Shown here piece after piece: positions 53,701 to 64,000 of a DNA stretch of 64,000 nucleotides. Under the pieces are notes generated by a model. That model was not told where the DNA came from and did no database searches. It was given only the letters and a program-made list of their open reading frames with translations. The stretch is taken from assembly GCA_951406725.2 (NCBI GenBank), contig OX597830.1:40610001-40674000 (forward strand). Reading direction: 5' to 3'. The stretch's first letter is position 1, and each line of letters opens with the position of its first letter. Source of the stretch: Octopus vulgaris. Taxonomy: Eukaryota. The translations under genes were made by a program, and so were the position numbers.

Positions 53701-55087
53701 GTAAACCATTTACTATTTCTGTTGTGCTCCCTCCTTCCCTTGATGCCCTAAGCACATGCTTATTTTACTTAATGATTAATCCAGCACTGATCAATGCTTA
53801 ATGGTTAATCCAGCATTGATTGATGTAACTGGCTTAACTGCTCCTGGGTATGAGTATAAAGAAAACAAAAACTACATCCCTCTAAGAAGCCACATTGAGC
53901 CAGTGTGGCAGAGTAGGCTCAACAAACCAGTATGATCCCAAGCTCATATTCACAGCTTCCATATCAGAACATGGTTGGTGAGGAGAACATACTGAAGCCT
54001 TCATCCTGTAGTGGACTGAACATGGCCAATCCAATCCAATGCACACATACATAAATATCTGAGATCTTGTGGTGGAGCTATAAAAATATGGTTTGTATAG
54101 TGTGACACCTTTATTTATTTTACCAACAAATACTGCCTTTCCTCTTACTCTTCCTCACATTGCCTCCTACTACAGTAACAACTCTCTATAATCATTACAT
54201 CTTATGTATGCAGATTGAGAGAGAGATTATCGTTCCATATAGCATTTCTGTTTGTTATCTTCGCATGCTACAATGATGATGATGATGATCATAGTGATGA
54301 TCATGATAAAGAAGGAGGAGGAGGAGAGAGTGATAATAGTGTTGATGATATGGATGTGATCATGATCTCAATCATAGTGATGATGAGGATGATGATGATT
54401 ATGATCATGTTGATAATGGTGATGATGACAACAATAACAATGATGATGGTGGTGGTGGTGGTGGTGGTGGTGGCGGGAGCGATTATGACAATGATGTTGC
54501 CCATAAAAATAGTTATTTATCGCAGTAATAATGTTTCTTCCTCCGCCCACACATGGCAGCAGCACTAGCATCTATCAAAGAGGAATGATTGATCTTTGGA
54601 GCTTCAATTGATGAGGCTTGATGCTGAGTGGCATTTGTGGTGTTCATGCATTTTCCAATGGACATTTGTTCAATCAATATGCTGATGTTTAGTTTTAGTT
54701 ACACCTTGACCCAACAGACCTTTGATCAAAAGCATTCTAGCTACAACCATCCCAGCCTTACTGAGACAATGTATCTAGAATCACTATATTATCTCAAGTG
54801 TTCTTCCTCTTTAAGATGGTATGCTATGATTTGAGGGAGATTTGTCTGTTATTTCTAGCAGGTCATGTCAACTGTAGAGAGCAGTGTTTCACCCGGTGTG
54901 CTAAAGTTTCTACCACCTCACTGCCTTTGACCACAAACATATTACATAAACAGACAAGGTGTTTCCATCTGCCCATACATACAGCGTAAGCTAAAGGTCA
55001 AAGATATATTTTGCAGTGCAAGATGGCACTTTTGGTAGTAATGTGTCATTTACTAAAATAAACAAGTACTTAATAATTTACTGTATT

Positions 55088-55317
55088 TTAACACTTTAGC
55101 ATTTAAATTCGCCAAGTTCAGCCCAAATATTCTACCTGCTTTAACATTCAATATGGCCAGAGCCAGCCTCTCACACCTACCCTACAATGTCATTCTAAAA
55201 ATAAACAATCATATCATTGAAATCTCAAAGTTACGAGATAATGCTTGATTAATTCAAAACAAAGCGAATAAATAAGCGTTAACTTTTGACATAGAAATCT
55301 GAACACTAAAGGGTTAA
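55088..55317. mobile_element. TTAA-bounded MITE (piggyBac-like)
   Basis: ttaa cactttagcattta ... tgaacactaaaggg ttaa. Confidence 0.65.
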
Positions 55318-55489
55318 AATATTTATGTTTATAAAGTAAATTTTTATATTCTTTCTTCTGTTATGTTACTGGTTTCATCCATCAGACTGCAGCCATATTG
55401 AAGCACCACCTTGAAGGATTTTTACTTCTTCATAGAAACACTAATACTCATTTTAAACTCTTATTCATTGAACCATTAAGAGACAATGG

Positions 55490-55527
<38 letters not shown>

Positions 55528-55599
55528 CTACCTTCTCACTTGGTCCCAAAACATTATTTTTCTTCTTTCTTTTTGCAACCTTTGCTTCTTGTTCTTTCT

Positions 55600-55635
55600 T
55601 TTTCTGATGAAGGACTCACACCCAAAATGTTAAAG
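55600..55635 (+). ncRNA. CpG-decayed minimal hammerhead-like motif
   Basis: ttt CTGATGA A GG actcacac CC aAAA tG TT aaa. Confidence 0.4.
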
Positions 55636-55716
55636 ACCCTTCCCCTTTCCTTTCACCCATTATAATAACACCCTCATTAAAATTTGTTGCTTGTCTTTTT
55701 CTTGTTTTCACTCTAT

Positions 55717-55775
<59 letters not shown>

Positions 55776-55778
<3 letters not shown>

Positions 55779-56340
55779 GGAATTTACAAAAAAGCAAACA
55801 AAACAAAAGATGAAGACAGGTGTGTAAACAACAAACAGATGTATTAGTTTAATGCTTGGGAAGTGAGAAAGTCTTTTATGTTTTGAGTCTAAGCTCTTCA
55901 ACAGAAAGGAACACAGAAATAAACAGGGAGAGAAAATATAAAAAGAAGGTTTAGTGGCTAGAGATCAACAATGTATGGATTGAAAACAGAGAAGGTAAAA
56001 TGACAATAGGAAAAAGCAGAAAGTACAAAAAAGTTCAGAAAAGTTCAAAAGGTTCAAATGTCATGGTGTATTGTAGAAATTTCTCCTCAACAGAAGAGTC
56101 CAGTGTAACCCATGTGTATGTAGGAGAGGTGCAGAAAAACCAGGTGGAAGTCCAAATTGTAGGAGAGTAGAAAATTCAGGAAGAAGTCCGAAGTGTGTGA
56201 GGTGGAGACAGGATGGAACTGGTGCGACCATGTGAGCACAGGTGTGTAAACAACAAACAGATGTATTAGTTTAATGCTTGGGAAGTGAGAAAGTCTTTTA
56301 CGTTTCGAGCCTACGCTCTTCAACAGAAAGAAACACAGAT
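55776..56340 (-). mobile_element. Partial-tandem PLE/retrozyme-like element with two direct repeats of about 103 bp, each carrying a hammerhead-like motif
   Basis: 55816-55918 is nearly identical to 56238-56339 (period 422 bp). The element abuts a long (TA)n. Confidence 0.7.
56294..56331 (-). ncRNA. Minimal hammerhead-like motif with a variant core (CUGUUGA)
   Basis: tcttt CTGTTGA A GAGC gtag GCTC GAAA CG TA aaaga. Stem I (5 bp) and stem II (4 bp) are perfect. A decayed twin lies at 55872-55909. Confidence 0.65.
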
Positions 56341-56728
56341 TAAAATTCAGGATAAAATCTATATATGATTTTATCAGGTAGTTAGCATGTAATAAACCAG
56401 TAAAGGTAAAATTAATAAATTTATAAATTAATATTCAGGGCAAGCAAGTAAGTACACTGGCTTAGCCTCATGCTTAAAGAAGACGCCAAATGTCACTAAG
56501 CAACCTTAAAATTATCACAATAGATACGTGCCAAATTCAGGCCAATAAACAAAAAAGATTCATGGCAAGGTTTAATTACAGATCAATTGATTTCAGGATT
56601 AAGGGAAAACCTTTAATAAATTGTATGGTATACACCTGGTAGTTTACCAGCAAAACATATTCACTGGCTCAGAGTTTGTTGGGTATTTGATTAACGAGAG
56701 ATGGAAACTGAAAAGTACAAGAATGTTT

Positions 56729-56948
56729 GTTCTTTTCTACTCTAGGCACAAGGCCCGAAATTTTTGGGAAGAGGACCAGTTGATTAGATCGACCCCAGTA
56801 CGCAACTGGTAGTTATTTTATCGACCCTGAAAGAATGAGAGGCAAAGTCGACCTCAGCGGAATTTGAACTCAGAACCTAGAGACAGACAAAATACCACTA
56901 AGCATTTCACCCAGCATGCTAATGTTTCCTCCAGTTTACCGCCTTAGA
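56729..56948 (-). mobile_element. SINE B with a 13-bp TSD
   Basis: tacaagaatgttt at 56716-56728 and 56949-56961. Confidence 0.85.
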
Positions 56949-56965
56949 TACAAGAATGTTTATTG

Positions 56966-57071
56966 ATCACTACAATTGTTTCGACCCAGCCAGCATTGAT
57001 CCATCATGGGTGGGATACTGAACATCTGGTTTTGGTGTATCCATCAGTGTGGATGTGTCTCCTCAGGTGAT
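56966..57071 (-). ncRNA. Type I hammerhead ribozyme with canonical core and an expanded stem II; predicted cleavage after GUA
   Basis: ATCAC CTGAGGA GAC [about 70 nt] GTC GAAA C AATT GTA GTGAT. Confidence 0.75.
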
Positions 57072-57774
57072 TTCAAGAGGTATCACATTAAAATAAACTC
57101 TGTTTAACAAAATTTTTTTCATGGTTTTCATATATATATATAAATGGCAAATTAAAGTACACAGCTTCATACTTATAGAAGAGCCATAACAAATATAAGA
57201 TACAAAAAGAAACAAATACACAATACAGCGTAAAAGTATTATACATAACCATTAATAGATATAGATTCTGAAATGATTGTAGTGATCAATAAAGACTCTC
57301 ATATCTTCCATCTTCCGTCTCTCTCATTAATCAAATATATATATATATATATAGATATATATATATACACTCATACACACACATGCACACACACACACAC
57401 ACGTGCTAGAGTATTATCCATTATGTATATTTTGGAAGTATATTTCTGTCACCATGGGTAACATCAGGATATATGCCTCATATACAATAATTACAATTTA
57501 ACTTTTATCAAATTTCTTGATGCTTATGGAAAATGATGAAATGAATACTAATTTTCAAAGAACAGATATTTTTCCTTAAAACAAAATGAAATTAGACAAA
57601 ATTTTCATTTGTAGATTTGTAATAAATATGCATTATTATTTTTCTAAATTTTATCAACATAATCACAATTTATTCCATCGAAAATCTACCTCTGCAAAAT
57701 TTCATTAAAAATCTGTATTTTTCAGAAAGTTATAAGAATCAAAATAGATGGTGAGGCACCAAACTGGAGTTAAG

Positions 57775-57890
<116 letters not shown>

Positions 57891-58132
57891 TCTTTATCTA
57901 TAAAGACAGATGTGAAAGTAATTTGCAAATTAACAATTCATTTTGAAATGTAAATAAAAATATCATTTGAAAGTTTATGAAAGAGAAATTTGAAATGAAT
58001 TGCTAATTTGCAATTATTTTAAAATACATCTTTTGTGTCTTTTTATAAGAAATGTCTTCTTTGATACCTTCATAAATTACTTACATTATGCTGTTGAGAA
58101 ATGGAAACACAAACCAATATTAATAATACCAT

Positions 58133-58195
58133 TCCTCGGTTGTATAGTGGTAAGTATCCCCGCCTGTCATGTGGGAGACCGAGGTTCGATTACCC
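58133..58195 (+). pseudogene. tRNA-Asp(GTC) pseudogene, 3'-truncated
   Basis: TCCTCGGTTGTATAGTGGTAAGTATCCCCGCCTGTCATGTGGGAGACCGAGGTTCGATTACCC matches metazoan tRNA-Asp with CpG-type changes. The 3' acceptor strand is missing. Confidence 0.85.
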
Positions 58196-58206
58196 ACTAA
58201 CTTTTA

Positions 58207-58368
58207 GGCACAAGAGTGGCTGTGTGGTAAGTAGCTTCGTTACAAACCACATGGTTCTTGATTCATTCCCACTGCGTGACACCCTGGGCAAGTGTCTTCT
58301 ACTATAGCCTCAGGCTGACCAAAGCTTTCTGAGTGAATTTGGTGGACAGAAACGAAAGGAAGCTCATC

Positions 58369-58413
<45 letters not shown>

Positions 58414-58661
58414 CGTCCTTGTTTTTGTATACATTCACTGCTTTCTTCCAAGGAATCTAATGCTCTTAGCTTAATTTTTCCTTGGCCAGATTGGAGCAAT
58501 CTCAAGTATAACCAGCCAAAATTGCAAAAGTAATCTGGAACTCGACTGAGGAAAGAAAACTCCGAATGACCCGTCCTTGTTTTCTTTCTATTGTCTATTT
58601 GTCCCTTATTTGTATCACCTAACTGTCTGGATGTTTTGCGTTCTTGTCCCATATATATATA

Positions 58662-58694
<33 letters not shown>

Positions 58695-58900
58695 TTGTGA
58701 GCCTGTGTTTGTCCCCTCACCATTGCTTGACAACCAATGTTGGTATTTTTATGTCCCCGTAACTTAGCAGTTCAGCAAAAGAGACCGATAGAATAAGTAC
58801 TAGGCTTACAAAGAATAAGTATTAGGGTCAGTTTGTTTGACTAAAAGCAGTACTCCACCATGGCCACAGTCAAAAGACTGAAACAAATAAAAGAATAAAG
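58207..58900 (+). mobile_element. SINE A with a foreign insert of about 240 bp (58411-58650) in its (TA)n linker
   Basis: Head 58207-58370, tail 58695-58900. The insert is related to 48008-48260 (-). Confidence 0.8.
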
Positions 58901-60811
58901 AAATAACAGAATAACCAACTTTCAGGCATTCATTTATTCTACTCTCCTCCTCTGTCATTTATTCCCTCTCCTTCTCTGTCAGTATGACTCTTTCGCTCTC
59001 ACTGTATGTATGTGTGTGGTATTACCTTACTCATTGCTTGCCACCAAACCTAGTATGAGCACTCATCCATCACTTTTTATGTTAATTCTCTTTGTAACTC
59101 TTTTACTCTTGCTCACACACAATGTGATGTAAAGTGTGACTGGAGAATCAACCAAACAACCAATCAATGTTGATGTCAGCAATTATTAAGCATGTATGTG
59201 TGTTGTGTATGTTCAAAGGAAGATTGAAAATGAACAACACCGCTTGTAAGATGGTGACATTCCTTTACAACTATCATGCAATGACAAAAACAAAGGGACA
59301 TGTATGCATGCATAGAGATATCACACACATGCACAAACACACATACACATCATCATCATCATCATCATCGTTTAACGTCCGTTCTCCATGCTAGCATGGG
59401 TTGGACGGTTCGACCGGGGATCTGGGAAGCCAGAAGGCTGCACCAGGCTCCAGTCTTATCTGGCAATGTTTCTACAGCTGGATGCCCTTCCTAACGCCAA
59501 CCACTCCGTGAGTGTAGTGGGTGCTTTTTACGTGCCACCCGTACAGGTGCCAGGCGAGGCTGGCAACGGCCACGGTCGGATTGGTGCAATTTACGTGCCA
59601 CCGGCACGGAAGCCAGTCGAGCAGTGCTGGCATCGGCCAATACATATATATACACATTGGTTGTCGTTTAGTTTCTGTCTACCAAATCTACACACGAAGC
59701 TTTGGTCAGCCTGGGGCTATACTTATGAGGCATTTCTTGCATAAGGTATTATGAAGTGGACTGAACTGGAAATCACATGGTTTGGAATCAAATGTCTTAA
59801 CCATTTAGTTATGTATCACTGGTACCAGCCACAACTACGATTTCACTTGGCTACAAAAACAGATGCTAAATGATGATGATGGGGATGGTGATAGTGATGA
59901 TGATGACGATGAGTTCTTTTTCTATGCTAGTTTCAACAAGTGTTCCAGCCAAGCTGGAGCATCACCGTTATGGAAAATATGTATAAACATTCACTAAGTG
60001 TTTGCACATGAGTATGAGGCCACTTGCAAATGTATCTTTCACTAATTGATTAATTATAATCTATTATTATTGATTTAATTTCGCATCTACTTACCGCATA
60101 TCAGTCATTCAACAATCAATTCATTTATCTAAATATTTACATTTTATTAAACACTAATTGTGTATATATTTTTACACACTAAAATTGATTATGAAGTGTT
60201 TTTTCATCTATTATGTAGATGTGCTTTACCTAACATAAAATGATTTTGTTTTCATTACACAGTCTACCTATAATTCTTTGGCTTCACATATCACAGAGAA
60301 ATTATTTTAACTGTTATAAATCAAATTAATACCAAGCAGTGGAATTTCACAAAAATATTCTGAAGTAATTAAATAAACAAAAACAATACTGACAACTACA
60401 AATTCACATGAAAACCAAAAATAAAAGAAGATATATCATTTGGTTTAATCCACCTTTCAACTTAAAAAAAGGTTCCTGCACCTATAGCCAAAATATTCTT
60501 TAAACTGCCTACCAAGATACTTCCCTCTAGCCATAAATATGACAAAATTTTAAACGAGGAAACTATAAAAGTTCCATACTCAGCTACACTAAATTTCTCA
60601 TAAGACTTGTCAAAATAGGAATCAAAGTTTGAGTGATAGACTTAATTCACAACCTGGTACAATAGGCACCAGGTATATAGATACACACACACATGCATAC
60701 AGATGCATACACATATATAACTATATGATGGACTTCTTTCACTATCTGTTTACAAAATCAAATTTTGAGTGGTAGACTTAATTTACAACCTGATACCATA
60801 AGTATCTTTAG

Positions 60812-61183
60812 TACAGGCATTTGATTGTGGCCATGCTGGGGTAACACTTGAAGAATTTTTAGTTGAATGAATCAACCCCAGTACTTTCTTTTTGAGCCTG
60901 GTTCTTATTCTATTAGTCTCTCTTACTGAACTGCTAAGTTATGGGGACATAAACACACTGATACTGTCAGGCTGTGATGGAGGACAAACACAGATATAAA
61001 CATACACACACACATACACGACAGGCTTCTTTCAGTTTCCATTTACCAAAATCACTCACAAGGCCTCGGTTGGTCTGAGGCTATAGTAGAAAGCACTTGC
61101 CCAAGGTGCTATGCAGTAGAACTGAACCTGGAATCGTGTGATTAGGAAGCAAGCTTCTTACCACACAGCCATGCCTGTACCTA
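60812..61183 (-). mobile_element. SINE family A
   Basis: Colinear with the other A copies. Confidence 0.8.
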
Positions 61184-61706
61184 TGATAGTTATATATATT
61201 TTTTAAAGCAGAAGGCTCAAAGGTCCTTCCCAAGATGTAGGCTCATAAGTCTAGTTCCCTGGATTATGTGGCATATATATTCCTCACTGGACGGGATGCT
61301 AATCCATCAAGGATTATTCAATTTTGCCAGCTGGATGTACTGGAGCATCAAGAACACAATATATTGCCTGCTTCCAGGAATTGAAACCACAATCTTACAA
61401 TCATGAGTGCAACACTTTAACCACTAAGCCACATCTCTTCACACACAAATTCATAAAGGTGTGTGAGTGTGTGTGTGAGTGTGTGTGTATGTGTGTGTGT
61501 GTGTCTAAAGATAGATAAGCAGATATATGCAGAAAGCAACAGATATATAGAAATTAATGGCCCGTCAATAGTCTAACTTTCAAAGATACAAAAATATATA
61601 AAAATAAAAGTCAATCAAGCACAAAAAATTAAACATGGTTTGTTTTTAATGGAAAGGAAAAAGTAAAGGTGATAAAAAAAAAAGCAAAAAAGGAACAAAA
61701 ATATCT

Positions 61707-62485
61707 GATTCGACATTCATTTACACACTAAAATAAATGAGCCAAGAAGTGAACCTCTACATGGTCACTTGACCAGCTAGAAATAGCAGCCAAGTCACCC
61801 TGAAATCACATTCTACTAAATTAAAAACTGGACATGAGATATTAGGTAGTCTTATACAGGATGGTCATGGCAGGAATACACTTGAACTTAGATCTACTCA
61901 ATCGGGATTAGCATGTTGGCAGAAATTTTAGCACGCCAGGCAAAAGGCTTAGCAGTATTTTGTCTGTCTTTACATTCTGAGTTTAAATTCTGCCGAGGTT
62001 GACTTTGCCTTTCCTCCTTTCAGGGTCGATAAATTAAGTACCAGTCGTATACTGAGGTTGATCTAATCGACTGGCCTCCTACACATAAATTTCAGGCCTT
62101 GTGCCTAGAGGAGAAAAGAATATATATATATTGTCTTTTTAAACATAGTGTGACCATAAGAGATGTTATCTCTGGAAAATACTACAATAAATCTGCCTTT
62201 CAGTGATTTATTTACCACAAATCTGACACACTGATGGCCAGTGCTTAATGTTTAACCGATAGTTATCATTCAACAACATGCTAATCCCAATTTAGTAGAT
62301 CTAAGTTCAAGCATATTCCTGCCATAACCGTCCTGTATAAGACTACCTAATATCTCATGTCCAGTTTTTAATTTAGTAGAATGTGATTTCAGGGTGACTT
62401 GGCTGCTATTTCTAGCTGGTCGAGTGACCATGTAGAGGTTCACTTCTTGGCTCATTTATTTTAGTGTGTAAATGAATGTCGAATC
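61707..62485. repeat. Long inverted repeat with 212-bp arms and a 355-bp spacer containing a SINE B (61917-62120)
   Basis: 61707-61918 is the reverse complement of 62274-62485, with 7 mismatches by manual comparison. Confidence 0.95.
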
Positions 62486-62579
62486 CAACATATATATATA
62501 TATATATATATGGTCATAAGATGCGGTCAAAAGCTTCTGTGAAAGGCGCCAGGTCCATTGTCGTAGTACACTTGAATAT

Positions 62580-62980
62580 GGTGCAGTCGTGGCTGTGTGG
62601 TAAGCAGCTTCTTTCCCAACAACACAGTTCCAGGTTCAATCCCACTGCATGGCACCTACGGCAAGTGTCTTCTACTATAGCCTCAGGCCAAACGAAGCTT
62701 TGTGAGTGGATCTGGTAGATGGAAACTGAAAGTAGCCCATCATATATATAAATGTGTGTGTGTCTTTGTGTCTGTGTTTGTTCCCCCACAATCACTTGAC
62801 AACCAATGTTGGTGTGTTTATGTCCCTGTGAATTAGCAGTTCAACAAAAGAGGCCGATAGAATAAGTACTAGGCTTACAAAGAATAAGTCTTGGGGTTGA
62901 CTTCTGAAACTAAAATCCTTTAAGGCAGTGCTCCAACATGGCCACAATCAAATAATTGAAGCAAGTGAAAGACTAAAAGA
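62580..62980 (+). mobile_element. SINE family A, full length
   Basis: Colinear with the other A copies. Confidence 0.85.
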
Positions 62981-63457
62981 ATATCAGGGGGAGATGAAAG
63001 ATGCTTTTGACAAGGCCCTAGAAAGCTGATATGCATCTGGTGTTCACACTAGCCACTGCTGGAACAATTTCTGTCTGTCTATGATATACATTGTGTCTTT
63101 AAACACAGCACATGCATAAGAGATGTTATTTCTGGACAAATACAACAGTATATTTGCCTTTCAATTACGTATATACATTGAGCATAAAAGGCTATTTTTG
63201 ATTTAATGCTGATTCTATTGCAATATAAATGATTAAAACAATGATTTCATATGATGATATGACCACCACAATGTATTTCTGGAAGGAGCAAGTAACAAAT
63301 TTCTAACATGTCATCCAGCTTAAAAACACCACCTGATTCTTAGATGCCTTTAGCAAAAATCATTGTGCTGTAAGCATTTGGAACTGACAACTTTATTCCT
63401 GTTTCCACAAAATGGCTGGAACAAAATAATGCAAGACCTTTAATCTGATAGCACAGA

Positions 63458-63538
63458 CTCTCTCTCTCTCTCTCTCTAGCTCTTTCCCTGTCACTTTCTG
63501 TCTCTCACATCTCTCCCTCTCTCTCTGTTCCTCTATCA

Positions 63539-63593
<55 letters not shown>

Positions 63594-64000
63594 TAGTCAT
63601 GCAACAAGAGTGTCAGCTAGCTGGGGTGGGGGCTCAGGTAGCCTTTGCTATCCACCCCACCAACACCTGCTTCTAAAACTATACAGGCTTATGTAACAGA
63701 CCCAAAATGCCATCTTCATAAATGTGTCGCCAATGGGGAAGGGACCCTCCCCCCTTCTGGCCACACTACTGTCTCTCCTTACTCTCTGCCTCTCTCTCTT
63801 TCTTTCTCATTCTATATTTTCCTTTCTCTCTCTGCCTCTCTCTGCCCTTCATTCTATATTTCACCCTCTCTCTCTTCTTCCTCTCTCCTCTTCTTCCTCT
63901 CTCCTCTTCTCCACTCTCTTCTTTCTCTCTCTCCTCTTATTCTCCTTGTCTCCCTCTCTTTCTCTCCTCTTATTCTCCTTCTCTCTCTCTCTCTCTCTCC
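63458..64000. repeat. (CT)n-rich polypyrimidine tracts
   Basis: Seen directly at 63458-63592 and 63770-64000. Confidence 0.9.

Overview
AT-rich, microsatellite-saturated eukaryotic DNA, intronic or intergenic. I infer a coleoid cephalopod, most likely Octopus, from the repeat families and composition. I find no intact host protein-coding gene. Almost all listed ORFs are translations of simple repeats or SINEs. The window holds four recurrent SINE-like families (A-D, my labels), decayed mariner (DD34D), maT (DD37D), hAT, piggyBac-like and Helentron/DINE-like elements, R4/Dong, Tx1/L1 and RTE LINE remnants, and a 3'-truncated tRNA-Asp pseudogene. The main unexpected signal is about 16 type I hammerhead-ribozyme-like motifs of the Penelope-associated kind, from several unrelated repeat families. 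Two have a fully canonical core (35792-35853 + and 56966-57071 -). One family (D) is a tRNA-headed SINE-like element carrying a minimal hammerhead. At 24707-25354 it sits as a head-to-head palindrome inside a single 12-bp target-site duplication (TSD), with one arm lacking a 32-nt tail. This is a candidate Pol III, ribozyme-bearing non-autonomous partner of Penelope-like elements (PLEs). All structures were read by eye; no folding or database search was run.
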